Of a stretch of DNA of 64,000 nt, positions 12,285 to 24,599 are shown one piece after another (position 1 is the first letter of the stretch; every line of letters starts with the position of its first letter). The position numbers were made by a program, and so were the translations under genes. The notes beneath the pieces are model-generated. The model had not been told where the DNA came from and searched no databases. It was given only the letters and a program-made list of their open reading frames with translations. This DNA is from Stegostoma tigrinum (taxonomy: Eukaryota), in contig NC_081387.1 of NCBI RefSeq assembly GCF_030684315.1, forward strand, positions 6,676,497 to 6,740,496, given 5' to 3'.

Positions 12285-13879
12285 TCGCAGGTTACCCAGT
12301 TCTGGGCACTTTAGGTCAAATGTTGTACTTGCCAGCAATGCACACAGCCCTTGAAAAAGAATTGAACAGAAAATTGTAATTATGTTACTGGACTAGCAAT
12401 ATGTCCTGTTTTCACATTAAGCACACCTTTCCACTGTGTTGTGGAGCACTAACACCATGCCAAATCATCCAGAGCACTAATGACACTCAAAACAGGGAAT
12501 CCATGAGGTATGGTGGACCATCAGCAGCATTACAATTATATTCAACACTCTGCAACCTCATGACCCAACAGAACCCACAGTCACGCATTACACTATTATG
12601 AGAAACTCCTGCAGTCATGTCCTGTGGCTGGATGAATTGGACTTCAACATTTTCCACCTTTGTGCTTGGCATGACTCTCTACTTTTTCCTTCTGATTCCT
12701 ACTGATGTCAGCAAAGACATTTTTAACTAACCTGTTCAGAAATGTTATAGGGCACATCAGGTGGGATTGAACCCAGGCTTCATGGTTCAGAAGTAGGGAC
12801 ACTATTACAGCGCCACAACAGCCCTAAGCATTCACATCAGGTTAAGCCTTGTTGCAAGGCAGAAGTCAAACCACATTGGAGTACTGTGGGAAGTTCTGAT
12901 CTCATTACCTAAAGGAGGGATATTGATTTTCTTATCAACCCACTCAGAGAGATGTTATTACAAAATTCTGGAGCAGGTGTAAGTTGGATCAGGCCTCCCG
13001 GCTCAGAGGCAGAGACACTACCGTTGCGCCACAGCACCCTAAGTACTGATATCAGGGTAGCGTCCAAGGTCAAACCATTTTCAGCCACTTCATTAATGAC
13101 TCCCAAAGCCTGTTCATCATCTGCAGAGACAAGTCAGGAGTGTGATAGAACATTCCCCAATTGTTTGAATGACTGCAGCTCCGGGAACACTCAAAAAGCT
13201 CAGCAACATTCAGCACAAAACTGCCTCCTTGATTGGCACCCCATCCATTATCTTCGACATTCAGTGTCTTTATCATTGATGCACGATGACAGCAACGTAT
13301 ACCATCTACAGAATGCACCGCAGCAAGACTTGTTCAAAAGCATTTTCGAAACGACAGCATCACATCCTTGAAAGGATAAGTGCAATAAATGCACAGGACA
13401 TGCTTCAAGCCTCAAACCATCCTGATTTGAACAATATCATTGTTTCTTTAAACTTCTAATATACCCTTCTACATTTCCTCACATTTCTCCAGCTGCTGCG
13501 CTGACCTCCAGGTCTCTGCCAGCTGCAGTTGCAGAAACTGTAAATGAGTGAGTAGGGGTTTACAAGTGTGGACTCCTTCCCCTCGGCACTGTCCGTACAT
13601 CTGCACTCCAAGGATGGGGTGGGGTGGGCGCTTACCACTAACTTATGAAGGGCAATCACAGACAGACAGTAAGTACTGGTATTGCCATCAGTACCCCTAT
13701 CCACTCCCCAGGGTCATCAGAATAAAAGCCCTCATTTCTGTGTCAGCTCTTTGCTAAAGTTATTCAGGAACCTCACTCCCCTTCTCATTATACATAACCT
13801 TTCAATTCTTTCCTTCCCAAGTATTTATTTCACTCTCTTTTGAAAGTTATAACTGAATGTACTTTGAAATCCCTCTAGT

Positions 13880-14520
13880 ATTGGGATGGAATGGAAGTCT
13901 CTGGGATTGTGAAAGGAAAGAGGCAAACATCTGGAATCGGGAAACTTTTGGGAAGAGGTAGGGACAATCTCGAGAAATGGGAGAGGCAGAGTGGAGCATT
14001 TCTGTTATTGGAAGGCAGGGTACAATCTGTAGATTTTGGATTAGGGAAATCCTTGGAACCTGGATCAGGAGAAATCTATGTGTTTAGAACCAGGAGGAAT
14101 AGCTGTGATTGTAATCAGGAGCAAACGCTGGAACTGCGATCAGGAAAATTCTTTGGGATTGGGTTTGGGATGGATTTGGATCAGGAGGGATCTCTGGTTA
14201 GGATCGAGATGGAATTGGGATCCGGATGGTACTCCGATCAGGAGGGACCTCCGGGATTGAAATCAGGAACGAATTGCAGATTATGAGAGACATCTGAAGT
14301 TGGTCTCAGGAGGAGATGGGATTGGGATCAGGAATGTTCACCGTGTTGAGCAAGGATCTGTGCTTTTAAAACCAGAAGGGATCTGGGATTAGGAGGGATC
14401 CTGTGGATTAGAATCAGGAAGAATCCAAAGGATTGCGATCAGGAGGAATCTAAGGGATTGTGGTCAAGGCGGGTCCGGGATTGGGATATGAACAGATCCC
14501 TGGGTTTGGGACTGTCTGTT
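13880..14520 (+). repeat. Degenerate purine-rich repeat (gggatctgggattgggatcaggag-like) in intron 1 of the MULE-derived gene
   Basis: Many gatcaggag / gggatt / gggatc motifs and strong G+A strand bias. Confidence 0.7.
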
Positions 14521-15110
14521 TTCCGGATGCGGGCAGCCTCTGCGCTCCGAGGCGGGAGATGAGCCGCCGCCTCTTTACCCGGCCCCAAGAGCTGACGGCG
14601 GGTCTGTTAGCGGATCCGCCTTCCACCTGATCGGCCAGCCCGCCTACCCAACTACTTACCGCCCTTGGGCTCTCTTTCTTCCATATGGGGTCTGGGGGGA
14701 GGCCTCCCGCTCCCCAGCAATAATTTAAACACCCTCCACCACTGCCGGCCGCCGGCACCTCCCACGCATGCGCTATTCGTTACCGCCAGCCGCCGGCATC
14801 TCTCGCACATGCGCCCTTCCCCACTTTCGGCCACCGGCGCCACAAACGCATGCGCTCGCGTCCACTGCCGGCTCATTGCACTTCCCGCACATGCGCCTTC
14901 CGTCAACCCATGCAGACGGTTCCTTGCGCACATGCGTTCTAGTATACTACCGGCCGCCGGCATCTCCCGCGTTTGCGCACTGTTCATCTCCGCCCGAGGA
15001 GGAGGCGGTTTCAACGGCGCGGCCACTTCTGGGACATCAAGCCGCCATGACTGAGGCATCACCACCGTCTTCAGCGCCACAGAATTAGCAGACACTACGG
15101 CGCTGGGAGT
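14520..15110. promoter_or_regulatory. CpG-island promoter with six 41-bp-spaced NRF1-like motifs
   Basis: High CpG density. CATGCG core starts at 14767, 14808, 14849, 14890 and 14931, with degenerate TTTGCG at 14972. Confidence 0.85.
14660..14684 (-). CDS. MULE-derived gene, probable exon 1 coding part (MEEREPKG)
   Basis: ATG at 14684 and strong donor G|gtaagt at 14660/14659. Phase 1 joins exon 2 in frame (G+GT). Lies in a CpG island. Confidence 0.7.
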
Positions 15111-16080
15111 AAACAAAAATTGTTGGAGGTAACTGTCTGAAGTTCATTTCCTAGATTTCAAACACAAAAAGGAAAATGAGTCGGCTCTTGTAGCATATGA
15201 ACTCGCGGGGTCTCATGTACCAAAGCGTGGAAGCAGAAGAGTTGACAAGATATAAACGGACCGAATGGCGCCTGCTGTACTGCAGAGACTCAGCGAAGCA
15301 GTCCTAAGCCAGATGGTGTGTGACTCGGAATTGTTCTTCTTCGCCATGCATCTGCTGATCCTAACCTTTTGGGTTGTCTATATCCTCATCAGTCTAAGTT
15401 CTATTACTCTTCGTTTCATTCAGCTATATCCACCTGAGTTTCTACCTGTACCTCTGTATTTCTGTTACCCCGTTTTATTAAGCTATCACTATGTGAGTTT
15501 CTGTCCATACTTCTGTCTCAAAACAACTTTCGCTCTCTGTTAAAGCTTTCTTACATTTTTTTTTCAAAATGCTACTTTTCATTATGTGAGCATTTGTCCG
15601 CATTTGTTGCTCATTGCCTATTGCCCTTGAAATGAGGATAGTGAGTAATCTTCTTGAACGGAAACAATCCATACCATGTGGACACACACATACTGCTATC
15701 GGGAAGGAAATTCCAGCACTTTGATTGTACATAGTGAAGAAAAAAGCAATGTACTTCCAAGTCATGATAAAGGGAATGCAGTGTTTCAATGCACTTCTTT
15801 CCCGATTTTTACGAGTATGTTGGACCAAATGGACGAAGGGTCAGGAAGCGAACATTAAGGAGACAGTAATCATTGCAAAGTGTTCATTTGGCATCTCAAC
15901 CACATCCCCGACTTAATGCAAGACTTGTCTTTTAGGACTATAATCCGCATGATTCCTCTTTTATTATCCCTTTACGTCAGTTGCGAGTTCCTCTTTCATT
16001 ACTTCTCTTATTTGATGTTTTTCAATTCCCCTTTGCACCTTCTGTATTGAACTCGTGCTTAAGTGTATTATCTACCTGAC

Positions 16081-17712
16081 ATATGCCTGCCTCTTTGTAG
16101 GTTACGTGGAACAGTCCATCTTCCGCACCTACACAGGCCCCAAACCCCACCTCTTCCTCCGGTACATTGATGACTGTATCGGCGCCGCCTCTTGCTCCCC
16201 AGAGGAGCTCGAACAGTTCATCCACTTCACCAACACCTTCCACCCCAACCTTCAGTTCACCTGGGCCATCTCCAGCACATCCCTCACCTTCCTGGACCTC
16301 TCAGTCTCCATCTCAGGCAACCAGCTTGTAACTGATGTCCATTTCAAGCCCACCGACTCCCACAGCTACCTAGAATACACCTCCTCCCACCCACCCTCCT
16401 GCAAAAATTCCATCCCCTATTCCCAATTCCTCCGCCTCCGCCGCATCTGCTCCCACGATAAGACATTCCACTCCCGCACATCCCAGATGTCCAAGTTCTT
16501 TAAGGACCGCAACTTCCCCCCCACGGTGATTGAGAACGCCCTTGACCGCGTCTCCCGCATTTCCCGCGACACATCCCTCACACCCCGCCCCCGCCACAAC
16601 CGCCCCAAGAGGATCCCCCTCGTTCTCACACACCACCCTACCAACCTCCGGATACAACGCATTATCCTCCGACACTTCCGCCATTTACAATCCGACCCCA
16701 CCACCCAAGACATTTTTCCATCCCCACCCCTGTCTGCTTTCCGGAGAGACCACTCTCTCCGTGACTCCCTTGTTCGCTCCACACTGCCCTCCAACCCCAC
16801 CACACCCGGCACCTTCCCCTGCAACCGCAGGAAATGCTACACTCGTCCCCACACCTCCTCCCTCACCCCCATCCCAGGCCCCAAGATGACATTCCACATT
16901 AAGCAGAGGTTCACCTGCACATCTGCCAATGTGGTATACTGCATCCACTGTACCCGGTGCGGCTTTCTCTACATTGGGGAAACCAAGCGGAGGCTTGGGG
17001 ACCGCTTTGCAGAACACCTCCGCTCAGTTCGCAACAAACAACTGCACCTCCCAGTCGCAAACCATTTCCACTCCCCCTCCCATTCTCTTGATGACATGTC
17101 CATCATGGGCCTCCTGCACTGCCACAATGATGCCACCCGAAGGTTGCAGGAACAGCAACTCATATTCCGCCTGGGAACCCTGCAGCCATATGGTATCAAT
17201 GTGGACTTCACCAGTTTCAAAATCTCCCCTTCCCCCACTGCATCCCTAAACCAGCCCAGTTCATCCCCTCCCCCCACTGCACCACACAACCAGCCCAGCT
17301 CTTCCCCCCCACCCACTACATCCCAAAACCAGTCCAACCTGTCTCTGCCTCCCTAACCGGTTCTTCCTCTCACCCATCCCTTCCTCCCACCCCTAGCCGC
17401 ACCCCCAGCTACCTACTAACCTCATCCCACCTCCTTGACCTGTCCGTCTTCCCTGGACTGACCTATCCCCTCCCTACCTCCCCACCTACACCCTCTCCAC
17501 CTATCTTCTTTACTCTCCATCTTCGGTCCGCCTCCCCCTCTCTCCCTATTTATTCCAGTTCCCTCCCCCCATCCCCCTCTCTGATGAAGGGTCTAGGCCC
17601 GAAACGTCAGCTTTTGTGCTCCTGAGATGCTGCTTGGCCTGCTGTGTTCATCCAGCCTCACATTTTATTATCTTGGAATCTCCAGCATCTGCAGTTCCCA
17701 TTATCTCTGATA
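16081..17712 (+). mobile_element. Young 5'-truncated Penelope-like retroelement (RT C-terminal half + GIY-YIG endonuclease)
   Basis: Uninterrupted ORF (track 16055-17356): YACLFVG, RYIDD, FLD, KPTDSHSYL, CxxxxC, and NVVYCIHC...LYIGETKRRLGDRFAEH. C-rich 3' UTR and terminal repeat. Confidence 0.92.
17581..17608 (+). ncRNA. Minimal hammerhead ribozyme motif in the Penelope terminal repeat
   Basis: CUGAUGA-A-GGGU(CUAG)GCCC-GAAA-C-GUC: intact core, helix II, palindromic ACGU helix III and a GUC cleavage triplet. Helix I is weak. Confidence 0.7.
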
Positions 17713-18171
17713 TTTTATATGCACCTTTTTTTCAGCTTCAGCTTACCTTCTATCCATTTCAACATTCAGGGAGATTTAGTTTTGTTTGCTCCACCTTATC
17801 TCCTCCCGTGAATTTACATTAACTGTATCCAAACACTGGCTTGCTTTTGAAGGCAGCTCATTGTCCAATGACAGTTTTACCTGGCAGTCTTTGATTCCAG
17901 CTCATGTGGATCAAATTTGTTCTCAACTCACGGAAGTTGTCCTTCCCCTAATTACATTCTTATTCTGAATTGTTCCTTGTCATTTTCAGTAGCCAATCAA
18001 TTTTTCATTGCAATGATCACTGTCCCCTTAAGGTTTCCTCCATTTGGTCCGTCATAATATCAAAAAAAAACAGATTTTCACACATTGGAAACACAGAACA
18101 TTCTCCTCACCATACACTGAGAATTCTTTCCCCTCCCAGCTCTTTAAACTATTATTAACTCAGTCTACATT

Positions 18172-18487
18172 GGCAGCACGGTGGCTCGGTGGTTAGCACT
18201 GCAGCCTCACAGCGCCAGGGACCCGGGTTCAATTCCCACCTCAGGCAACTGTCTCTGCAGAGTTTGCAAGTTCTTCCCGTGTCTGTGTGGGTTTCCTCCA
18301 GGTGCTCCGGTTTCCTTCCACAGTCCAAAGATGTCCAGGTTAGGTGGATTGGCCATGCTAAATTACCCATAGTGTTCAGGGGTGTGTGGCTTATAGGGGG
18401 ATGGGTCTGGGTGGGATGCTTCAAGGGGCAGTGTGGATTTGTTGTTCCGAAGGGCCTGTTTCCACACTGTAGGGAATCTATTCTATG
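18172..18487 (+). mobile_element. HE1-type tRNA-derived shark SINE (well preserved)
   Basis: ggcagcacggtggctcggtggttagcactgc...gggttcaattccc (A/B boxes), V-like central domain, CR1-type tail. Confidence 0.88.
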
Positions 18488-18943
18488 CTAGAATCATTAA
18501 ATTTCACTATTATAGCTGCTCTATAGGTTTTTCATTTCTCTGAACAAATTTATTCCTTTATAGCTTTCCCATTAGGTGATAGCCTACAGAATATACAAGC
18601 AATTTCATAGAATGCCTATTGTTGCTTAGCTCCAGCAAAATTGTGTAATCAGAGAGAAACTACTTCTGCGTGTTTCTTATCTGGAGAGATGATTTGTTTC
18701 ATTCATTTTCACACTGTGCAGAGTAATGTGCCTGGAAATCCTGCGCACTCCCCTCTTGGAAACAGACATATCTCTTTATCTTCACCACTCTTTTTGCCTT
18801 CCTCTTCCTACCCTCTGTCCAGGTACATGTTTAAATGGGATTGATCTAATCACTCACTTCTAGATATAAACTGTGTGAGCGTTTGGATTAAGTACTCACC
18901 TTTCTCTCAATCTTTTCAGTTCCTGCAGGACACAGAGTCAGAA

Positions 18944-19333
18944 GCAATTTTAGAAATATGTAGTGCTGTTCAGATTACTCATCATTAAATAATACACTTA
19001 ATGCTTTTAGTAAAATATGAATGGATTTATATGGAGTTTTCACTGAAGATATAAGCGATAGCATTTCAATTACTACATCCACAGCTTCCCTTCCCTCCAA
19101 CATATTCAAACAAGATTCCTCCACTGCTGAATCCCTTGAAGCTTTGCTGATCAGTTAATTTTATTTCTGGTTTCTATTTTATGAGTAACATAGAGCCTGC
19201 CTCTGTGGATCTAAGCTGGTGACAGTGATGTTGCATCTAACCCCATATAAATCCATGCATATTTTACTAAAAACGTTAAGTGTATTATTTAAAAATGAGT
19301 AATCTGAACAGCACTACATATTTCTAAATTCGC
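18944..19333. repeat. ~95-bp inverted repeat with a 200-bp spacer
   Basis: 18944-19038 is the reverse complement of 19239-19333 with a handful of mismatches. Confidence 0.9.
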
Positions 19334-21800
19334 TCAAGAGTGAAATACTCGCTGTTCTATCTCTTGAATATCTCTAGGTAGCTCTAACATATTCAGTACC
19401 TGTGAACACAACAGATGAGAACAAGGAGAGTAAATTCATTTTAATGCATATACAGTCAAACATCTTGCTATGTTTGCTGCATTGGGAGTCTAGGACAAGG
19501 GATCTTTTTATACAACTGAGCCAGACTCCCCACGAGTCAATTTGGGAATTCCTTTATGGAAAATGCTAATAGATGTTTGGACTCTGATTCAACTGTCATA
19601 AGAGATGCGAGATAAATGTTTAAATCTGAAGTCAAGATTTTTTTCATTAACAACAAGATTAGGTGGCTTGAGGAGAATGTCAACATGTGCAGCTAATCGT
19701 AGTTGGCTACTAATCTACTCTAAAACCTTAATGTGCAGCTAGGTCACAGATCAGCCACAATGTCAAAGAATGGTGAATCAGCAGTCCTCTATGTTGAACA
19801 CTAATGAGAAGCTTTCAGGAGACCGTGGGCACAGAATGTGCGCTGTATGGGAGAATTCAATGTCCAATAAAAAGAATTCCACAGTAGCGCCACCAATTGA
19901 GTGAGCTGACTCAATTCTGTATGGCATCTTTGCCAGGCTGGATAGTGGCAAATAGGGAGATAACCACCTAGATGTTAAAAATGACTTCAACAAATCTTCA
20001 TAAATTTACTGTTGCTAATGCACCTGTCCATGACAGTATATTACAGGTAAAGAAGCATGCCCTTTTCTACTTCAGCCAGAATGGAAATCAAACCTTATAA
20101 TTTTGGCACTAACCTGAGCTGCATGGCAGCAGTCTCGCCAACTGAGATAAACCCTCCCTCTACCTTGTCATGTCACAGAGGTAGAAATCAGTTATATCAA
20201 TGATGATACATAGAAGGAGTTGGAAGCACATCTTGGGGTCAAATATGACACCAAATTTGTAAAAGGTCTGGTTCAGGAGCTGAAAGAGAAGTCATTGATG
20301 GTGATTTCCTGGCTGCAATTAGCTAGATACGACTGGAACCAGGCATGTACTGTCCCACCATGCTGGAGAGGCATTCAAGAGAGTGAGCATTACTAGCCAC
20401 CTCAAAAACAATGGAACTTTGGAATAAAATGAGGAAGGATAGTTTACTGTTTCCACAGAAACACAAAATGCTATATGCCACTATGAAAATAAATATATCT
20501 CTAATGTGACTGGGACAGAAATTTGGTTGTAGTGATTCAAACATCCAATCCCAGGAGACATAGCCATAGATTTGTGAATGACAATATGTCTGTGGACTTT
20601 TGAGAAGAACTGAAGAAGTTCAAGTTGGAGTAACCTGCAAGGACAGAAGGTCAAGGGCATTTTAGTTTTGGAATAGAATGAAATTGGGACATTTCAAAAC
20701 AGGGAGTTCAAATTTGAAGAGACAGAAACATTAACAACATGGGGAAATTGGGTGGTCAGCAGTTTAATAGGAATATGCTTTAACAAGGAAGGGCTGGGTC
20801 TCATGAACAAAATTAGCTCAGAAAGGATTAACTAGAAATAAAAGAAAATCTAAAGGAAAATCTGTATTGCAAGGTTATGGTAAGGGGAAGACTTAGAGGA
20901 ATTTTAACCAGGTGGGCTAAGAGAGGGAGGGACATGGTGAAAGCAACCGAGCAGATAATATTGTCTTGGTCACAAAGAAATCCATGAATTCTTTATATTT
21001 GTTGGAAATGAGGGATCTGTAGATGGTTTAAAGTGCAGTGCATCTTTACTCTGCCACTCTGGTTCCAGTTACAGTGCAGCCACTGTCAGATTTTTACAGT
21101 GTGAGACAATCCCTTTGACTTTCAAAGCCCTTGGCTGATTCCTGTTTGCCTTCTGTTACACTTTACATTGTGCATTGTGGTGACAGGGTTTGAGACCTAT
21201 TGCAAAGTACACTTAGTCAAACAGCTTGAGGATTAGATTGTAAACGGTCACATTGAAAAAAGATACTGACTTGCTACTTGATATTCATATAAAGGTTCAA
21301 CATGTTCTCTTCAAGTAAAGGAAATTTTTCCTCAATCCTCAGGTTCTCCTTCATTGGTCACAAATCTTTCTTTTGTCTCCTCAGCCCTTCAATTACATGT
21401 TTCTCTACAACTTCAAAGTATGGATACATTTTGGAAAATTGTGCAGATGTGTATTGCTCTTGAGATTCAGCATAAGATGCTGATAGAAATCACGTAAACT
21501 TTAGGTTGTTTAAGGGCTATAAGTTGTTTAAAGGGAACAGAAATCATACATACAATTCTGAAATCTTATTCTGCTGCTGTTTTAATTTATGTTTGCTTTT
21601 CTTTTCCATGTCAGAGATCATGTTCAGTCTGACAGTTGTCTCTGATGCAGGATCAAATGTCAAAACGTTTCCATGTGTAAATAAAGATGGCTTAGTGATG
21701 TGATCCCAGCTTTTTTCAATTATGATGAGAGAAAAACATGCTCCTGCAGAAATTTACTTGTAACAGTTGCCTTTGAATTGGGATAAACATTTCTGGGACT

Positions 21801-22140
21801 ATGCCATGACTTAGGAAGCTTGACTCATTCAATCCTGCCTTTGAATACTGGATCAGTATGTGGAAAGAATGCATTTTTTTTTACCGGCCAAATGACAGAT
21901 GAAATGCTTCATGACTGGTTTTAGACCTGTAGCATTTTCGGTTATTAAGGGCCTAAATTTCCTTGAGGCACCAGATACTAACCCCTTTCAAGAGTTGGTG
22001 GATTTATTTAAGGAATATTACAACCCCAAGCCTTCTCTCATTCTGAAATGCTATTGGTTTTACTTGGCCATTTGAGAACCAGGGGAATCAAGATCATGAT
22101 TTTTGACTTGGTTAAGATGACTGGCAGCGAACTGCGAGAT
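21801..22140 (+). mobile_element. Degenerate Gypsy-type LTR retrotransposon gag fragment
   Basis: Across frameshifts: KLDSFNP..EYW.QYVERM.FF, and PFQELVDLFKEYYNPKPSLILKCYWFY...EPGES...LR*LAANCE. Confidence 0.7.
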
Positions 22141-24599
22141 GATTCATTTTGGGCAGGGACAGGTAATGTAAAATAAAGGATAGAATTCTGAAGGATGGTG
22201 CAGGAACATAAGGATGTTTATATACATGTGCACAAATCATTGAACTGACAGAGAAGATTTGGAGAATAGTTGAAAATGCATACGGGATGCTTAGTTTTAT
22301 GACCAGGGGCAAAACTGCAAAGATTTCCGGTGCTGTAACCATTCTTTGATACAATGATTTATTTGCCGGTTTTGCATTATATTTTATAATATTTTGTTTG
22401 GCCCACATGAACCAACTTAAACACTATTTGTTATTTGGATTCTTTAATTCTAATATGGAGGAAGTGGTGGATACTGTGGTCATCAAGACTATTACTAAGT
22501 TCAAATCCTAATTTTTATCATTTGTTGCTCCATGTATTTGTGAAAATAACTTTAAAATAACAATTTACTTGTTCCAGTCTCCTCAGTGATGGTTTTTAAT
22601 GTGCACTGTATTGTATCCTCAAAGAACTCATACAGTTCCTTATGCGTCTTGCAGTAAAACAGGAACCACAGCAAAGGCCAATTTCCTTTGGCAAACCTGA
22701 CTGAGTGGTCAATTGTGCAATCTGAGAGTTAACAATTTGAATAGCTTCTACCAGTTTTGAAAATTGTTACTCAATTGATAATTGAGTATTTTCCTTTGGC
22801 GACAGTGATTTGTAATTTATACCATGGTCTCTGCTAGTCAATGGTGGGGGGAGACTTCTAATTGCCAGCTCCCTTTAGGTAGTTTAGCTTTCATACCCTC
22901 CTAATTGTCCTGTATGTCAATACGTCAGGGTCTAAAAATCAAATGATACCCCTGATTACACAGGTTTTGTGGGATTATTCAATAGTCATCTAACTATAGA
23001 CAAATCTTTAAAATGTGATCATTAGGAACCCTTGATATCACAAACACTGAGAGGTGGAAGTCCACTATTGATATGGCCAATGTAGGTACCTAGGAGAAGC
23101 AACAACAAATAGCACAGTCAGCTTTACTAACCATGACTGAACGTCAAAAATTCCAGTTGTGTTCAAATGAATACAAGAGGAAACAAAAGGGTCATACACA
23201 ATTCTACCTCATGACCACATTACTTATGCTGGAAACACAGCTATCTTGTCTGACATGATGTGAAGAATCCTCCAAAGGAAACAAATGTTCAGCAGTGACA
23301 TTGATGCCAAAGAATGACAATGTGCAATCAAAGGTCTACCACGATTCCAGTACAGCAACAATTTGAATCTGAATGTTTCATTGTCGGACAGTAGACTTTT
23401 AACCCAACTAAGTTGTCATTCACTTAAAAGGTCACTGACTTGGAGGGAGATGGCTTAGTGGTAAACCTACTTTACTGTTGCTAATCAATTATATGAACAA
23501 CTTAATGACCAGAATAAAGCCCCCTGCAGTCTCTCCTCACCATCGGGCCAAGACACGTCCTGTCGCAGTCTGCATCCCATCCCTTACAATACACCTACAG
23601 ATCCATAACTCCCCAAACCATAACCACCCCTTAGATATTTTGTTCTATATTCACTGTAGAGAAAATTGATGCAGGTAGGAATAAGAGAGGGGTCTGTGAT
23701 ATATCTGAACAGATTAGCATTGAAAGGGAGAGGATGTATTAGCAGGTTTCAAAGTGAATAAATCCCAGGCCTAGATGTGCTATATCTCTGTCTGGGAGGA
23801 ACAGGAGGACATTTCAGTGGCTCTGACATTCCAAACCTGCTCTGGCCCCAGGGAGGGAGTCTGAAGTGCAGATGTTGGAGTTTGGGATCATCATTAAAAC
23901 TATGTCACTCAGCATTCTGTTACTGGTAATTCCTGTACAGCATGAAACCTCATTAACTGTGTTATAGTAGTAGCTAGCCCTCCACAAGCATTAAAAAAAA
24001 TGTTGTTGAACACATTTCATTCAATTATGAGTGCAATGTTTTTGGAAATAAGTAGGTTTTGTTCTTGGAATGTAAACTAACCATCAGATGAAGATGGACA
24101 AGGGGCAATGGTCACTGGACATCATGAGAAGCTGCCAAACTGATTCAGAAAATTGACTGAGACAATGTACATTACCTGCACCTCTAACTCAGGGCAAACA
24201 ATGGGAGCTAAAGGGAAAAGAGGGCTGTCATTTGGTGGCCTCCGCAGGCAGCAGTACTCATCAGGCAATCTACAGAGAGCTGTCTTCTCCAATTAGAAGA
24301 TGATTAAGAGAAGGAAGACACAGGGAAGAGTTCCCTAACACCTCAGCTTGAGAGTTTCATAACTTTAATGAGACCAAAACAATCAACAACGTCAGCCTGT
24401 TTGTCCTCTAATAGCGGCGAACCATCCCCAGTTGTCACATTGTATACATACTTTTTATTGTAATTAACCAATGTATCAGATCTAAAAAGCTGCTTCTTAA
24501 CAAATACAATAAATGACAGAAAATTATTTGCAAATCATCAACTGTCTATATCAGGTAACTGTGATGACAAACCCTCAAAACTCATCATTGAGGACAGTG

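Noticed and set aside
14740-14985. CRISPR-like regular spacing (also 51955-52270)
   Set aside because: Eukaryotic context, no cas genes, and the 'spacers' are homologous to each other, so these are tandem repeats.
14652-15116. 154-aa minus-strand ORF as an extended N-terminus of the MULE-derived gene
   Set aside because: It is in frame with exon 1 but runs through the GC-rich 41-bp promoter array, where open frames arise by chance. It cannot be excluded without TSS data.
15265-15543. Hydrophobic 92-aa ORF as a membrane protein
   Set aside because: T-rich, repeat-like sequence with no splice or domain support.
18172-18245. tRNA genes at SINE heads (also 4288, 38430-38500, 55114)
   Set aside because: The A/B boxes continue into SINE bodies and LINE-derived tails, and I could not fold a complete cloverleaf.
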